Assembly: GCA_030867685.1 (NCBI GenBank)
Contig: JAQOWU010000007.1
Coordinates: forward strand, 434,001-498,000
DNA from: Wickerhamiella versatilis
Lineage: Eukaryota
Reading direction: 5' to 3'
DNA: 64,000 nt
The notes beneath the pieces were generated by a model. That model was given only the letters and a program-made list of their open reading frames with translations. It did no database searches and was not told where the DNA came from. Shown here in pieces: positions 11,640 through 20,909 of this stretch. How positions within the stretch are numbered: position 1 is the stretch's first letter; every line of letters begins with the position of its first letter. The position numbers and the translations under genes were made by a program.

Positions 11640-13460
11640 TCACCCAATTAGAGGAAAGACCTGGCTGCCAATTACTTGACTCAATGCATCTAATGTCGGT
11701 AGGAATGGAGAGCCATCAGTATCGCAACGTGTTCCAGCGTCTGGAAGCTGTCCAGAGATAAAATAGTCACGGACTATTCGTTTTACGCACTCGCTTGGCA
11801 TTGAGCTGCTACAATGGCCGTAACCACCACGGCGAACACTCACAGAGCCAGAAAATCGCTGGGCCGCTTCATCTGCAAATTCTGCTGGAGTAACCGGGTC
11901 ATAGTCGTTACCAAGAGTCAACAGGGGGAACCTTGGTGTGGATGTTAAATTGCCATAGTAGCGCTCTGCAGCACGGACTGACCATGCACCGCGGCACATG
12001 GGTCCCAGATCCGCGAAAAATCTGGCGAATGTCGAGGAGTCGTCTAAAACAGAGAGATAGTGCTCTCGGTATTCCTCGATTGTGTACCCGCCGCTGGGAT
12101 CGAGCAGCGTATCACCGCAGGCTATGGCGAAAATCGCCGGTTCCAGGTTTTGGACTGAGAATGGTGCTGCTCTCGAGACGATCCCTGAGATATTTCCGAG
12201 CCCTATGGCCTCATAAAGATCCTCAGCCAGCTTGGGCCATGTCGCAACCTTATACATTGCAGTGAATATACTACTCATTACCATGCTCCAGGTAACAATC
12301 CGCGGGTGATTCACATCTACGGCCGACAATGGATAGAGCTTCAGATTTTCTAGCCAGCTCGTCACTTGATGCTGCAGGTCATCAGCGTTAGTGAAGTTCA
12401 AAGCAGCGAGCCGGCAATGCTCAGGACCAGCTTTTTCGCATTCAACAAAGAACCCCTGCCACTCTTCTTCCGTGTTGCGCATATTATGGGACCAGAGCCC
12501 TTGCAGATAATTTGGCACATCCACTACACCGTCCAGCACAACACGCCCCACGTCATCAGGAAACATGTCGGTGTAGACACTTCCTATTACAGTGCCGTAG
12601 CTGAATCCCCAGTAGTTTAAGTAGGGATCATCAAGAGCTTCATGTAGCGTATGGAGGTCCCGACAAACTGAAACTGTTCCCATATATTTTAGAATATCGG
12701 AGTTATTACCATGCGTGCTGCAAACATCGGCGAGAAAGTTGCTCTCAACAATTTTGGCCCCAAATTCGGGATCTTGGACTTTATTTGCAGCATGCGACCC
12801 TAGCACGCCATTGATCTGATCAAAAGACTGGAATGAGCGGTCATCCTCTGTGCTATCAAAGCATTTTGCCAGTGGAGTTGTTTGACCGACCCCGCGCGGA
12901 TCAAATGATACAATGTCGAACAAGCCTTCAAAAAAATTATCATAATACTCGCCGTTGGTAAGATTTGTCGATCCAGTCAGCCCGGTAAGTAATGAAATAC
13001 CAGAGCCACCTGGTCCACCGGGGTTCATTATAATGCTGCCCTTCACATCACTTCGGGGTGTTGTACCATTTCCAGCCCTGTAGCGTATCAGGGCAATAGA
13101 GGCGTTTCTACTGTCCTCCGGGTTTGTGTAATCCAAAGGCACAACTAGACGGCCACAGTCGAAGTCTTTCAGCTTTGCATCTGAACAAGCATACCATGCA
13201 ATAGCACCCCGATCCACGTCACGCCAGTCAATCTCTCCCTCCAATGGTAAACGATCCAGCTGGGGTCCAGAGTGCTGGTGGCACCGGAATAATCCTAATT
13301 GAGCATTAGGGGCTTGCGTCATGAGAACCCAAACACATGCGCTTAAACAGAGAGCCACAGTCACCAGGACCTTAGACGAGCGCCGATGAGTGCTCTGGCT
13401 TTTCTGAGCATAAACTGGAAGAATAGCCGTCTTAGAGCTCTTCTGCCTGTCCTCCTCCAT
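11640..13460 (-). CDS. Membrane-anchored TAP-like alpha/beta hydrolase (peptidase S33/Abhydrolase_4)
   Basis: N-terminal TM, CGRLVVPLDY, NPGGPGGSG, FDPRGVG, WGFSYG nucleophile, DPVTP, GYGH. Confidence 0.88.
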   Translation of the reverse strand: MEEDRQKSSKTAILPVYAQKSQSTHRRSSKVLVTVALCLSACVWVLMTQAPNAQLGLFRCHQHSGPQLDRLPLEGEIDWRDVDRGAIAWYACSDAKLKDFDCGRLVVPLDYTNPEDSRNASIALIRYRAGNGTTPRSDVKGSIIMNPGGPGGSGISLLTGLTGSTNLTNGEYYDNFFEGLFDIVSFDPRGVGQTTPLAKCFDSTEDDRSFQSFDQINGVLGSHAANKVQDPEFGAKIVESNFLADVCSTHGNNSDILKYMGTVSVCRDLHTLHEALDDPYLNYWGFSYGTVIGSVYTDMFPDDVGRVVLDGVVDVPNYLQGLWSHNMRNTEEEWQGFFVECEKAGPEHCRLAALNFTNADDLQHQVTSWLENLKLYPLSAVDVNHPRIVTWSMVMSSIFTAMYKVATWPKLAEDLYEAIGLGNISGIVSRAAPFSVQNLEPAIFAIACGDTLLDPSGGYTIEEYREHYLSVLDDSSTFARFFADLGPMCRGAWSVRAAERYYGNLTSTPRFPLLTLGNDYDPVTPAEFADEAAQRFSGSVSVRRGGYGHCSSSMPSECVKRIVRDYFISGQLPDAGTRCDTDGSPFLPTLDALSQVIGSQVFPLIG

Positions 13461-13590
13461 ATCGGTTAAGCAATATATTGTTACCCTAGCCCTTGATTTA
13501 TCTATTTAGGAAGTATTATGATTATGATGGTTGAGAGAAAGAAACATTAGCTTTTCATTTGTTAGGGCCGAAGTGAGATAATAAGCTTTA

Positions 13591-14886
13591 TTAAACAATG
13601 GACGTGCTCATAGCATCTACTCCCTTGATGGCATTAGCGACTTGTGTAGGTGTGATACGCGGATCTAAGTTGTGAAGCGTGTCACTTTCCGAGCATGCAA
13701 GAGTGCCAATTTTCAGGAGAGATTCCCAGCTTGCGTTTTCGAGGTGAAGATCCTCAAGCGTTGTTGGCATCTTGATCGCACGATAGAACCGCACAAAGCG
13801 TGCGAATTCCTCGTAGGGACGCTGCTCGAGGACCAACTGGCAAAGGGTACCGTAGGCAACTTTCTCACCATGGGTCAACGTGTGGATATCTCCAGGTACT
13901 GCAGTAAACCCATCATGAATGGCGTGTGCAGCAGAGAGACCGCCATTCTCGAACCCAAGGCCCGAAAGTAGAGTGTTAGCCTCCACAACAGCCTCCACTG
14001 CTGGCGTTACAATTTTCTTCTCAACTGCTCGAAGCGCACTGAGACCGTGAGTGAACAAGGTGTCTTGACAAGCACGAGCTATGGCAAGGCCTGCTATGGT
14101 TGGTCGCCACCCCATCATGGAATTAGCATGTCCCCGCACCACGGAGTCCGCCTCGATAAACGTGGCAAGACCATCCGCCATGCCAGAGGCGAAAAATCGA
14201 GCCGGAGCATTGGCACAGAGCCAGGTGTCCACAATGACCATATCCGGGTTTCTGTCGTAGAACCGGTATTTGGAGAAAGCGCCATTCTCGTCGTAGATCA
14301 CAGAAATAGCACTGCAAGGAGCATCCGTGGATGCCAGGGTCGGCGCAACAACCACAAGCTGTTTAAGCTCATCAGCAACAGCCTTGACGGTGTCAATTGT
14401 CTTTCCTCCACCCACGCCAACGACAACATCAGTCTTGACAGTACGGGCTATGTCAACCAGGCGCTTAATCTCATGCTCAGATGCCTCACCACCAAATATT
14501 TCCTTGTGATGAGAAAGATCCACCGTGGCAAATGACTTTACAAGGCGACCTTCGTAGGATTCCCATACTATGCCGTCCACCACAACCAGAGGATAGTGCC
14601 CAATTGCGGCTACATAACGACCCAGGTCTCCCAGTGCACCAGATCCCTGGATATATTTCCCGGGTGATCCAAAAACGTAGTTATTTAACTCCGAAACCTC
14701 GCCCTTAGGATTCAGCGGTACATGATTTTCATCGGGCTCCAACGCCTTTGTCGTGGATCCTGCCTGAAATTGAGCGCGATGTCCTGAGAAAATGCTGCGG
14801 GAAGTATTTGCATTCTTAGCAGCACGGAGAACCCTGGTGCTAGCCCTCGGAATAGCCCTAAATGAGGCCCTGTAAAGGACGAACAT
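13591..14886 (-). CDS. gldA: NAD-dependent glycerol dehydrogenase (iron-ADH family, GldA type) with mitochondrial-type presequence
   Basis: SPGKYIQG, GGGKTIDTVK, PTLASTDAPCS, GFENGGLSAAHAIH, HGEKVAYG; Arg/Ser/Ala-rich N-terminal extension. Confidence 0.92.
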   Translation of the reverse strand: MFVLYRASFRAIPRASTRVLRAAKNANTSRSIFSGHRAQFQAGSTTKALEPDENHVPLNPKGEVSELNNYVFGSPGKYIQGSGALGDLGRYVAAIGHYPLVVVDGIVWESYEGRLVKSFATVDLSHHKEIFGGEASEHEIKRLVDIARTVKTDVVVGVGGGKTIDTVKAVADELKQLVVVAPTLASTDAPCSAISVIYDENGAFSKYRFYDRNPDMVIVDTWLCANAPARFFASGMADGLATFIEADSVVRGHANSMMGWRPTIAGLAIARACQDTLFTHGLSALRAVEKKIVTPAVEAVVEANTLLSGLGFENGGLSAAHAIHDGFTAVPGDIHTLTHGEKVAYGTLCQLVLEQRPYEEFARFVRFYRAIKMPTTLEDLHLENASWESLLKIGTLACSESDTLHNLDPRITPTQVANAIKGVDAMSTSIV

Positions 14887-15364
14887 GTTGTTTTGGAAGA
14901 AGGAAAATTCTAATTCGTTCCTGAATAATTTCCGGGGAATTTATGTCAGCCAAGCATATTTATAGTAGCTAAACAAGGCTCACCTTCGATTCTGGTGGGC
15001 ATAGTAACTATTTATGCCGTGAGAAGATATTGTGTATTACATTAAAATACAAGAAGCTAGACACTATCAAACAGCAAATAGGGTGATATGGGCCTTACTG
15101 CTCGGACCTTTTTCCTTTGTTTCTTAAGTCGTGGCTTTTTCCTTTCTCCGCATTGGGAGATTGATGTAAGGGTTTTTATCGGTCAATGTCCGTTAACACC
15201 GCCCCTGTATATTTTTATCCCTTTGTAGTATGATGAAGAATATTTACTTGTAGAATTTGGCAGGAAATCTAGTAACTTGCCGATTTTGCATAATTTAGGG
15301 AATTGGCAATGTTTTCCCCTCCCACCTTTTTCATTTTTTATATGGTGATTAAGGCTATGAGACA

Positions 15365-15426
15365 GCGAGAGCAATAGCAGCAACAGCAACAGAAGCAGCG
15401 ACAGCAGCAATAACAACAATAGTAAC
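15365..15426 (+). repeat. Imperfect (CAG/CAA)n trinucleotide tract
   Basis: gcaatagcagcaacagcaacagaagcagcgacagcagcaataacaacaatagtaac in the gldA/acetyltransferase divergent intergenic region. Confidence 0.7.
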
Positions 15427-15953
15427 GGGAAAACAGCAGAACAAGATCAGGCACACACTCCGATAAGCCGATGTTTCCCGTTTGATTCCGAAAAGAAAAC
15501 TAGCCAGAAAAATTCCTATCACACACTACAAGCTTTCAAAAGATATTTCATTTCTATATTTTTATGTTCATGACTATCCCAATCGAGTCTGATATCCTCA
15601 ATGTCAACCAAGAATAAGGTGTGCGGCTGGTGATATATCGGTGCCTAAATATTACAAGTTGCTCCTATCTTGCATTGTCCAACCAAACCCGGGAGCGATC
15701 CGATGCTAATAATTTCTTTGCTTCTACTTGACGCGGTCTGTCACTGGTCATACCATCTAAGTAACAATTTGCTACCGTTGTCTCAATAGCTGCACAAGGT
15801 TAGGAACAGGCCACATATGCTAGACTCACCTAAGATTTGGTATGCGTTTATGTGCGTCTTGCTATATAGATGATTATGGAGTTAGTCATATAAAGATTTA
15901 CGAGCTCGGCATCCCCCTTCTTCCCTTCCTGGTAAACCAAGTAAGGCGATCAG

Positions 15954-16625
15954 ATGAGCGTTATGGGCAAGCAAGAGAAGATAGACCATGAACTCTTGTC
16001 GTGGGCCCGCGAAAACCTGCGATATACTGTCGATAACGATAACTACGCCCGCATGATCAGCGGCTTGAGTTACGACTATGATGACCCTAAGCTTGTTAAT
16101 GCCCGTTTAATTACTAGTGAGATGACAACAAACCTCAGAAATCTGCGCCTAGAGGATTTTCCGGGTCCAGTTGAGTATCACACCCGTCGGCAAAATGATG
16201 TTAGAAAGATTCTCGGAAAGTACGGCGAAGAAGTTTTTGCCGAACCATTTATCGCAGAATATGGCTTCAACATAAGTGTTGGATACAATTTCTATTCCAA
16301 TGTCGATGCATTATACTTAGATAGCTCGTTGATCCTTATAGGTGATGACGTTGTCCTGGCACCAGGTGTGACGCTCAATACCCATAGGCATCCTGCTGAA
16401 GGTAAGTTGGATGGGAACGACGCAGAAGGAGCATCGTCTCCGCGCGCTCTTCCAATCAGAATTGGTGATCGCGTGTGGATTGGAGCCAATGCTACAGTAA
16501 TAGGAGGCGTGACCATAGGTGATCGGGCAGTAATTGCTGCCTCCGCCGTTGTGACCGAAGATGTTCCGCCAGATGTAATTTATGGTGGCAGGCCTGGTAG
16601 AGTGCTTCGACATATTGATAATTAA
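15954..16625 (+). CDS. at: LbH O-acetyltransferase (maltose/galactoside acetyltransferase family), sophorolipid At-like, copy 1
   Basis: IDHELLSWARENL..NYARMISG N-terminus as recalled for S. bombicola At; EYGFNISVG, THRHP (catalytic His), VWIGANATVIGGVTIG hexapeptides, GGRPGRVLRHI. Confidence 0.88.
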   Translation: MSVMGKQEKIDHELLSWARENLRYTVDNDNYARMISGLSYDYDDPKLVNARLITSEMTTNLRNLRLEDFPGPVEYHTRRQNDVRKILGKYGEEVFAEPFIAEYGFNISVGYNFYSNVDALYLDSSLILIGDDVVLAPGVTLNTHRHPAEGKLDGNDAEGASSPRALPIRIGDRVWIGANATVIGGVTIGDRAVIAASAVVTEDVPPDVIYGGRPGRVLRHIDN

Positions 16626-16818
16626 GGGAGCTCCTGTATGTTTGAAGTCTTTAGTTTGACGTTTCAATCCGTCAGTGAAATTCATCCCCCCCTCGTGACT
16701 TTAGTAAACCATTTTATTTCAACGCTATAAATTTGGATTTCATTGGGTCTGCTAGCCACTGTCCATAATATACTAAGTGTTGGTGGGTTAAACATTCATG
16801 CACGCACGAATAATTCTT

Positions 16819-18135
16819 TTAACTTTGACGCAGTTGATCATAGCGAAGTACAGAGCTTAATAGCACCTGAAATCCATCCAAAACCTGCTCCGGCGTGCTA
16901 AACTCCTCTGGGTTGTGGGATATACCATCGCGCGACGGTATGAATATCATTGTGGTAGGACAAACCAGCGCCGTATGTGCACTATCATGACCAGCACCAC
17001 TAGTGAGTTTTATGGAGGCATCAGGACCAAAAAGTTCGTCTGAGGATGTCTTAACACATTCCTTGGCCAATTCGTCAAAGTGGCACGCAGGCTGGTCGGT
17101 GAGAACTTCAATATTTGAAGAGATGTCTTTTCCGGTGTGTTTTGTGGTCAGCTTGATAGTGTCCTCCAAGTTATTAACCATCTCTTTTAGTCCTTCATCG
17201 TTGGGATGACGCATGTCAACAACAAAGCTAACTGACTGAGGAATAACATTTACCACCGCCGGCTCAAGCTCGATAATTCCAACACTTGATAAGCCTCCTC
17301 TATCACTGGCAATTCTATTAGCCTCTGTAATGATTCTAGAGGCTGTAAGCAGGGGATCACTGCGCGACCCAAGCGGTGTCGTGCCTGTGTGCTGTGCACG
17401 ACCCCTGAGATTCACTCTCAGCCATTTATAAGCTTGAATGCCCTGAACCAGGCCAATTCGTTTGTTCTGCTCCTCAAGAATAGGACCTTGTTCAATGTGG
17501 AGTTCAAAATGGGCAGCTATAGGCGTCTCCTCAAAGCTACACGGTGTACTCGCATTGTGATATCCAATGCGTTCAAGTTCATTTTTAACTGTCTTCGGCT
17601 CTTTGTCAGTAACAGATTTCAAATTATGAATCTCCTCCACAGAGTGTACACCTGCCCAAACTGAAGAAGACATCATGGACACTGGAAACCGCGCACCCTC
17701 TTCATTAGTCCAATTTATCACCGCAATAGGATACTGGGGCGTATAATTATTTTCCTTGAGAGTACGAATTACTTCAAGGCCTCCCAGGACTCCAAGAACA
17801 CCGTCATAGCGACCACCAGTCGGCTGTGTGTCAAGGTGGGAGCCGATAGCTGTTGGTGGGCCTTGATGTTTCCCCGGATAAACGGCAAAAATATTTCCCA
17901 GCTCATCAATTCGGACATTGCAGCCCAGATCTTTTGTTTGCTTGACAAACCAGTCCCTCACGTTCTTATCCTCGTCGGACAGCGCCAATCTGCAAACACC
18001 AGTTTCTGTTGCTCCTGAGCCCCACCGATTCTTCATACCAAACTTTAAAGCAGTTTCATGGATAGTATCAACGAGACGATGCCTTTGCAGAGTCAATTGT
18101 GGAGTCCGTAGCAACACGTTCGCTAGTCTCTGCAT
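16819..18135 (-). CDS. PYD3: Beta-ureidopropionase / beta-alanine synthase (M20 amidohydrolase)
   Basis: GSHLDTQPTGGRYDG, WTNEEGARF, HFELHIEQGP, SGAGHD, GISHNPEE. Confidence 0.85.
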   Translation of the reverse strand: MQRLANVLLRTPQLTLQRHRLVDTIHETALKFGMKNRWGSGATETGVCRLALSDEDKNVRDWFVKQTKDLGCNVRIDELGNIFAVYPGKHQGPPTAIGSHLDTQPTGGRYDGVLGVLGGLEVIRTLKENNYTPQYPIAVINWTNEEGARFPVSMMSSSVWAGVHSVEEIHNLKSVTDKEPKTVKNELERIGYHNASTPCSFEETPIAAHFELHIEQGPILEEQNKRIGLVQGIQAYKWLRVNLRGRAQHTGTTPLGSRSDPLLTASRIITEANRIASDRGGLSSVGIIELEPAVVNVIPQSVSFVVDMRHPNDEGLKEMVNNLEDTIKLTTKHTGKDISSNIEVLTDQPACHFDELAKECVKTSSDELFGPDASIKLTSGAGHDSAHTALVCPTTMIFIPSRDGISHNPEEFSTPEQVLDGFQVLLSSVLRYDQLRQS

Positions 18136-18528
18136 TTCGCTCTATTTCGCTGGATCGTGCTTAAAGTTTACGTGATGGCTATCACTTATTAGGCCTATAC
18201 ACCCCGCTCCGCTCCGCCAGCTAGCTTGAGTCTACGATTTGTAATTTTGGTAAATAACATTGATTTGACCTTTAGATGCTTACCTTATATGTGATATAAG
18301 CATACATTCTTCACGACTATTGCATAACCTGTTTCAAGACACAGCATATTTTGATAACGCTTCATGCATACGCAAGTCATTTGAGAACTTGAGGTTCTGC
18401 GGTTCCAGAATAAGAACGGTCGAGAGTTCTCACTCTTCTGAATAGGGATATACTATATGCTGCAGATCAGAGATATAGTGATAGGGTTTCAATGCCTTAC
18501 TAACGACTACGACAACCGAGCAAATACC

Positions 18529-19152
18529 ATGAGTGATCGTCCTGTGGAAGCGAAGGAGGTCGACCATAGTTTGCTCAACTGGGCCCGTGAGAATCTAACT
18601 GGGATTCTAGATGATGATAATTATGCAAAAATGATTAGTGGAGTACGTTATGATCCGTCCGTGGATGAGTATGAAGAAGCTCGCCTAAAGTCCAATGATA
18701 TTGCCTATGAGTATTTCAATACCTTGTTGTCAAACTTCTCTAGTCCCGAGGAATTGCTGGAGCATCGAAACAAGCTAATCCAGAAGCTTCTTGGAAAGTC
18801 TGGCAAGGACACTCGCATAGAAGCCCCATTCCATATTAACTACGGGTTTAACATGAGTGTGGGAGAAAATTTTCTTGTTAAACCCAGCTCGTTTTTCGAG
18901 GACGATTCCATTATACGTATTGGAAATAACGTCTCGATCGGTCCTAATGCAAAGATCACTACTGTCACTCGGCTGTTGGGTCCAGATGGAGAACATATTG
19001 TTAATGCACATCCTATTACGATAGGCAATAATGTGTGGATAGGCGCATCGTGTACTATAGAGGGAGGAGTGACCATTGGCGATAATGTAGTAGTTGTATC
19101 CGGATCTTCTATATCGAAGGATGTTCCAGCTAACACTGTAGTGGGAAAATAA
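18529..19152 (+). CDS. LbH O-acetyltransferase At-like, copy 2 (catalytic His apparently lost, C-terminus short)
   Basis: VDHSLLNWARENL..NYAKMISG paralogous to copy 1; YGFNMSVG; VWIG hexapeptides; TTVTRL where the family has T.THP; ends VVGK*. Confidence 0.82.
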   Translation: MSDRPVEAKEVDHSLLNWARENLTGILDDDNYAKMISGVRYDPSVDEYEEARLKSNDIAYEYFNTLLSNFSSPEELLEHRNKLIQKLLGKSGKDTRIEAPFHINYGFNMSVGENFLVKPSSFFEDDSIIRIGNNVSIGPNAKITTVTRLLGPDGEHIVNAHPITIGNNVWIGASCTIEGGVTIGDNVVVVSGSSISKDVPANTVVGK

Positions 19153-19405
19153 TTAAGCGCGATAGTAATTATTTAACTTAGGATCAATCTATATATAATA
19201 CAGTGCCAATGCAGCCATTTTCAGCAAAGGAATGTGGTCTATGTTACAAGTCAAGAGCAACTTATATTGTACATATTAACCACTTCTAGATTCTTCTGAC
19301 TACAGAAAGTGCCCTATAACAGTCTCATCGTTTTAAATTCTAGTATCTCTATAGACTAATACAGCTGGCAATACCTTGTGGAACTTAAACTGAAGTAGAA
19401 ATGCT

Positions 19406-20680
19406 CTACTCGCCTAGTATCTCGGCGATAGACTGTTCCAGAATAACGTCCGATGTATACTTCTCAAGATCCTTTTGGACTACCTCACTCCGTTCCTTGT
19501 AACTCTTGTCATTGAGTATCTTGAACACTGATTCCCTAATTAGTTCTAGACTGGGTGTGGCAGTCTTGAGATCGATTCCTACTCCAGCGTACTCAGCTCT
19601 CCAAGCTACAGCAGGTTTATCTACAGCCTTCCCTCCTATTATTACCGGAACAGCATGTGATAAACTGTGTTGCAAGCCACCATATCCTCCGTTGTACACT
19701 AATGCATCTGTGTGCTCGAAGATATCGTCATAGGGAAGGTAATCGATGACGCGAGCATTTGCGGGGATCTTTACATCCTCAGGAAGGCTATAGCCTTTAT
19801 ATCCAAGAATTGCAACAACCAAAATATCTTTTTCGTCCTTCAAAGCTTCCATGGTGGGAATCAGTAGCTCGTTGTAGTCAATCGAGGACGTGCCTTGGGT
19901 TACTGTGACCACTCGCTTAGCCTTCAATACATCATCCCACCAAGATGGAGGAGTGAAGGGAGCATGTGCGTGAGGCACGCTACCGGCGAATCGGAGATTG
20001 GGCGGTGTTTCCTTCAATGGATATTCAATTGAAGGGGGGCACAGCTGTAGGAAACGGTCGCAGCCATAGTATTGCTGTTCATGAATGAATTTTCGTGGTT
20101 CCTTTGTAGCTCTCAGATCTTGCAAAATCTCCTTAAGTGAGTTTGTTGCCTTAGTGAAAATTGCGTTCACTATCATCTCATAAAGAGCAGGGTTCGCCGA
20201 TGGACCCTCACTAGATTGTAGTAAAACTGGAATAATTCCCAGCGTTATATATGCATCCGCTTTGAGCCCTGGAGCACCCAAGTATAACGGCTGCCCGCCC
20301 ATAAACATGGTTTCTGCAACAAGAACAACGGGAAGCTTGGTGCTGGAAAGTAGCTTTAAGGCCTTCTGCACTGCTTCGAACTGATCAGGGATGGCTTTTG
20401 TGAAAATCTCGTCATAACTGTAACCGGTTTGCTCCACGCCTTCAGGTATCTTCTTCAGAAGCGGAGCAACTCTCTCCAAAGTATCATCAAAAAAGTCACC
20501 TCTACCTCCAACGGGTACAAAGTCTGCTCCTGCGTTTAGAACCTTGTCACGGTAGCTTGGGCCAGTAACAAAAGTTACCTTGTACCCCCTCGCCATCAAC
20601 GGCTTGACAACACTGAGAACAGGGCCCACATGGCCAGCAAGAGGATTAGCACAAGCAAGAATCAACGGTTTGTTGCCCAT
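19406..20680 (-). CDS. ugtB1: GT1 UDP-glucosyltransferase, UGTB1-like (second glucosylation)
   Basis: PLAGHVGP catalytic His, EQTGYS, ETMFMG, VTQGT, YNGGYGGLQHSL, VDKPAVA match recalled S. bombicola UGTB1 features; start MGNKPL at 20680. Confidence 0.88.
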   Translation of the reverse strand: MGNKPLILACANPLAGHVGPVLSVVKPLMARGYKVTFVTGPSYRDKVLNAGADFVPVGGRGDFFDDTLERVAPLLKKIPEGVEQTGYSYDEIFTKAIPDQFEAVQKALKLLSSTKLPVVLVAETMFMGGQPLYLGAPGLKADAYITLGIIPVLLQSSEGPSANPALYEMIVNAIFTKATNSLKEILQDLRATKEPRKFIHEQQYYGCDRFLQLCPPSIEYPLKETPPNLRFAGSVPHAHAPFTPPSWWDDVLKAKRVVTVTQGTSSIDYNELLIPTMEALKDEKDILVVAILGYKGYSLPEDVKIPANARVIDYLPYDDIFEHTDALVYNGGYGGLQHSLSHAVPVIIGGKAVDKPAVAWRAEYAGVGIDLKTATPSLELIRESVFKILNDKSYKERSEVVQKDLEKYTSDVILEQSIAEILGE

Positions 20681-20909
20681 GGTAGAAACAAAACTTAGTG
20701 ACACAGAAGCCTCCCGGTTCGAACCGATCTGCTACAGTCGATCAGATAAGCGGGCGTCTCCGTATTAAATCAGGGTTAGGTTATACCATCATGTGCTCGT
20801 GATAAACCCAACCACCTACGCGGGTGAGTTAGGGTTGGGCTACTATAGGAATCCTGCAAATCTATTCTTGTCCTGTACATACAAAGTTTAACATATCTAG
20901 CTTCTTAAG

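Noticed and set aside
15183-15419. Poly-Leu ORF resembling a signal peptide
   Set aside because: Translation of the CAG/CAA microsatellite with a non-ATG start
18498-18504. TACTAAC branch-point-like motif before at2
   Set aside because: No nearby YAG acceptor or clear donor; the ATG at 18529 already gives an N-terminus matching copy 1
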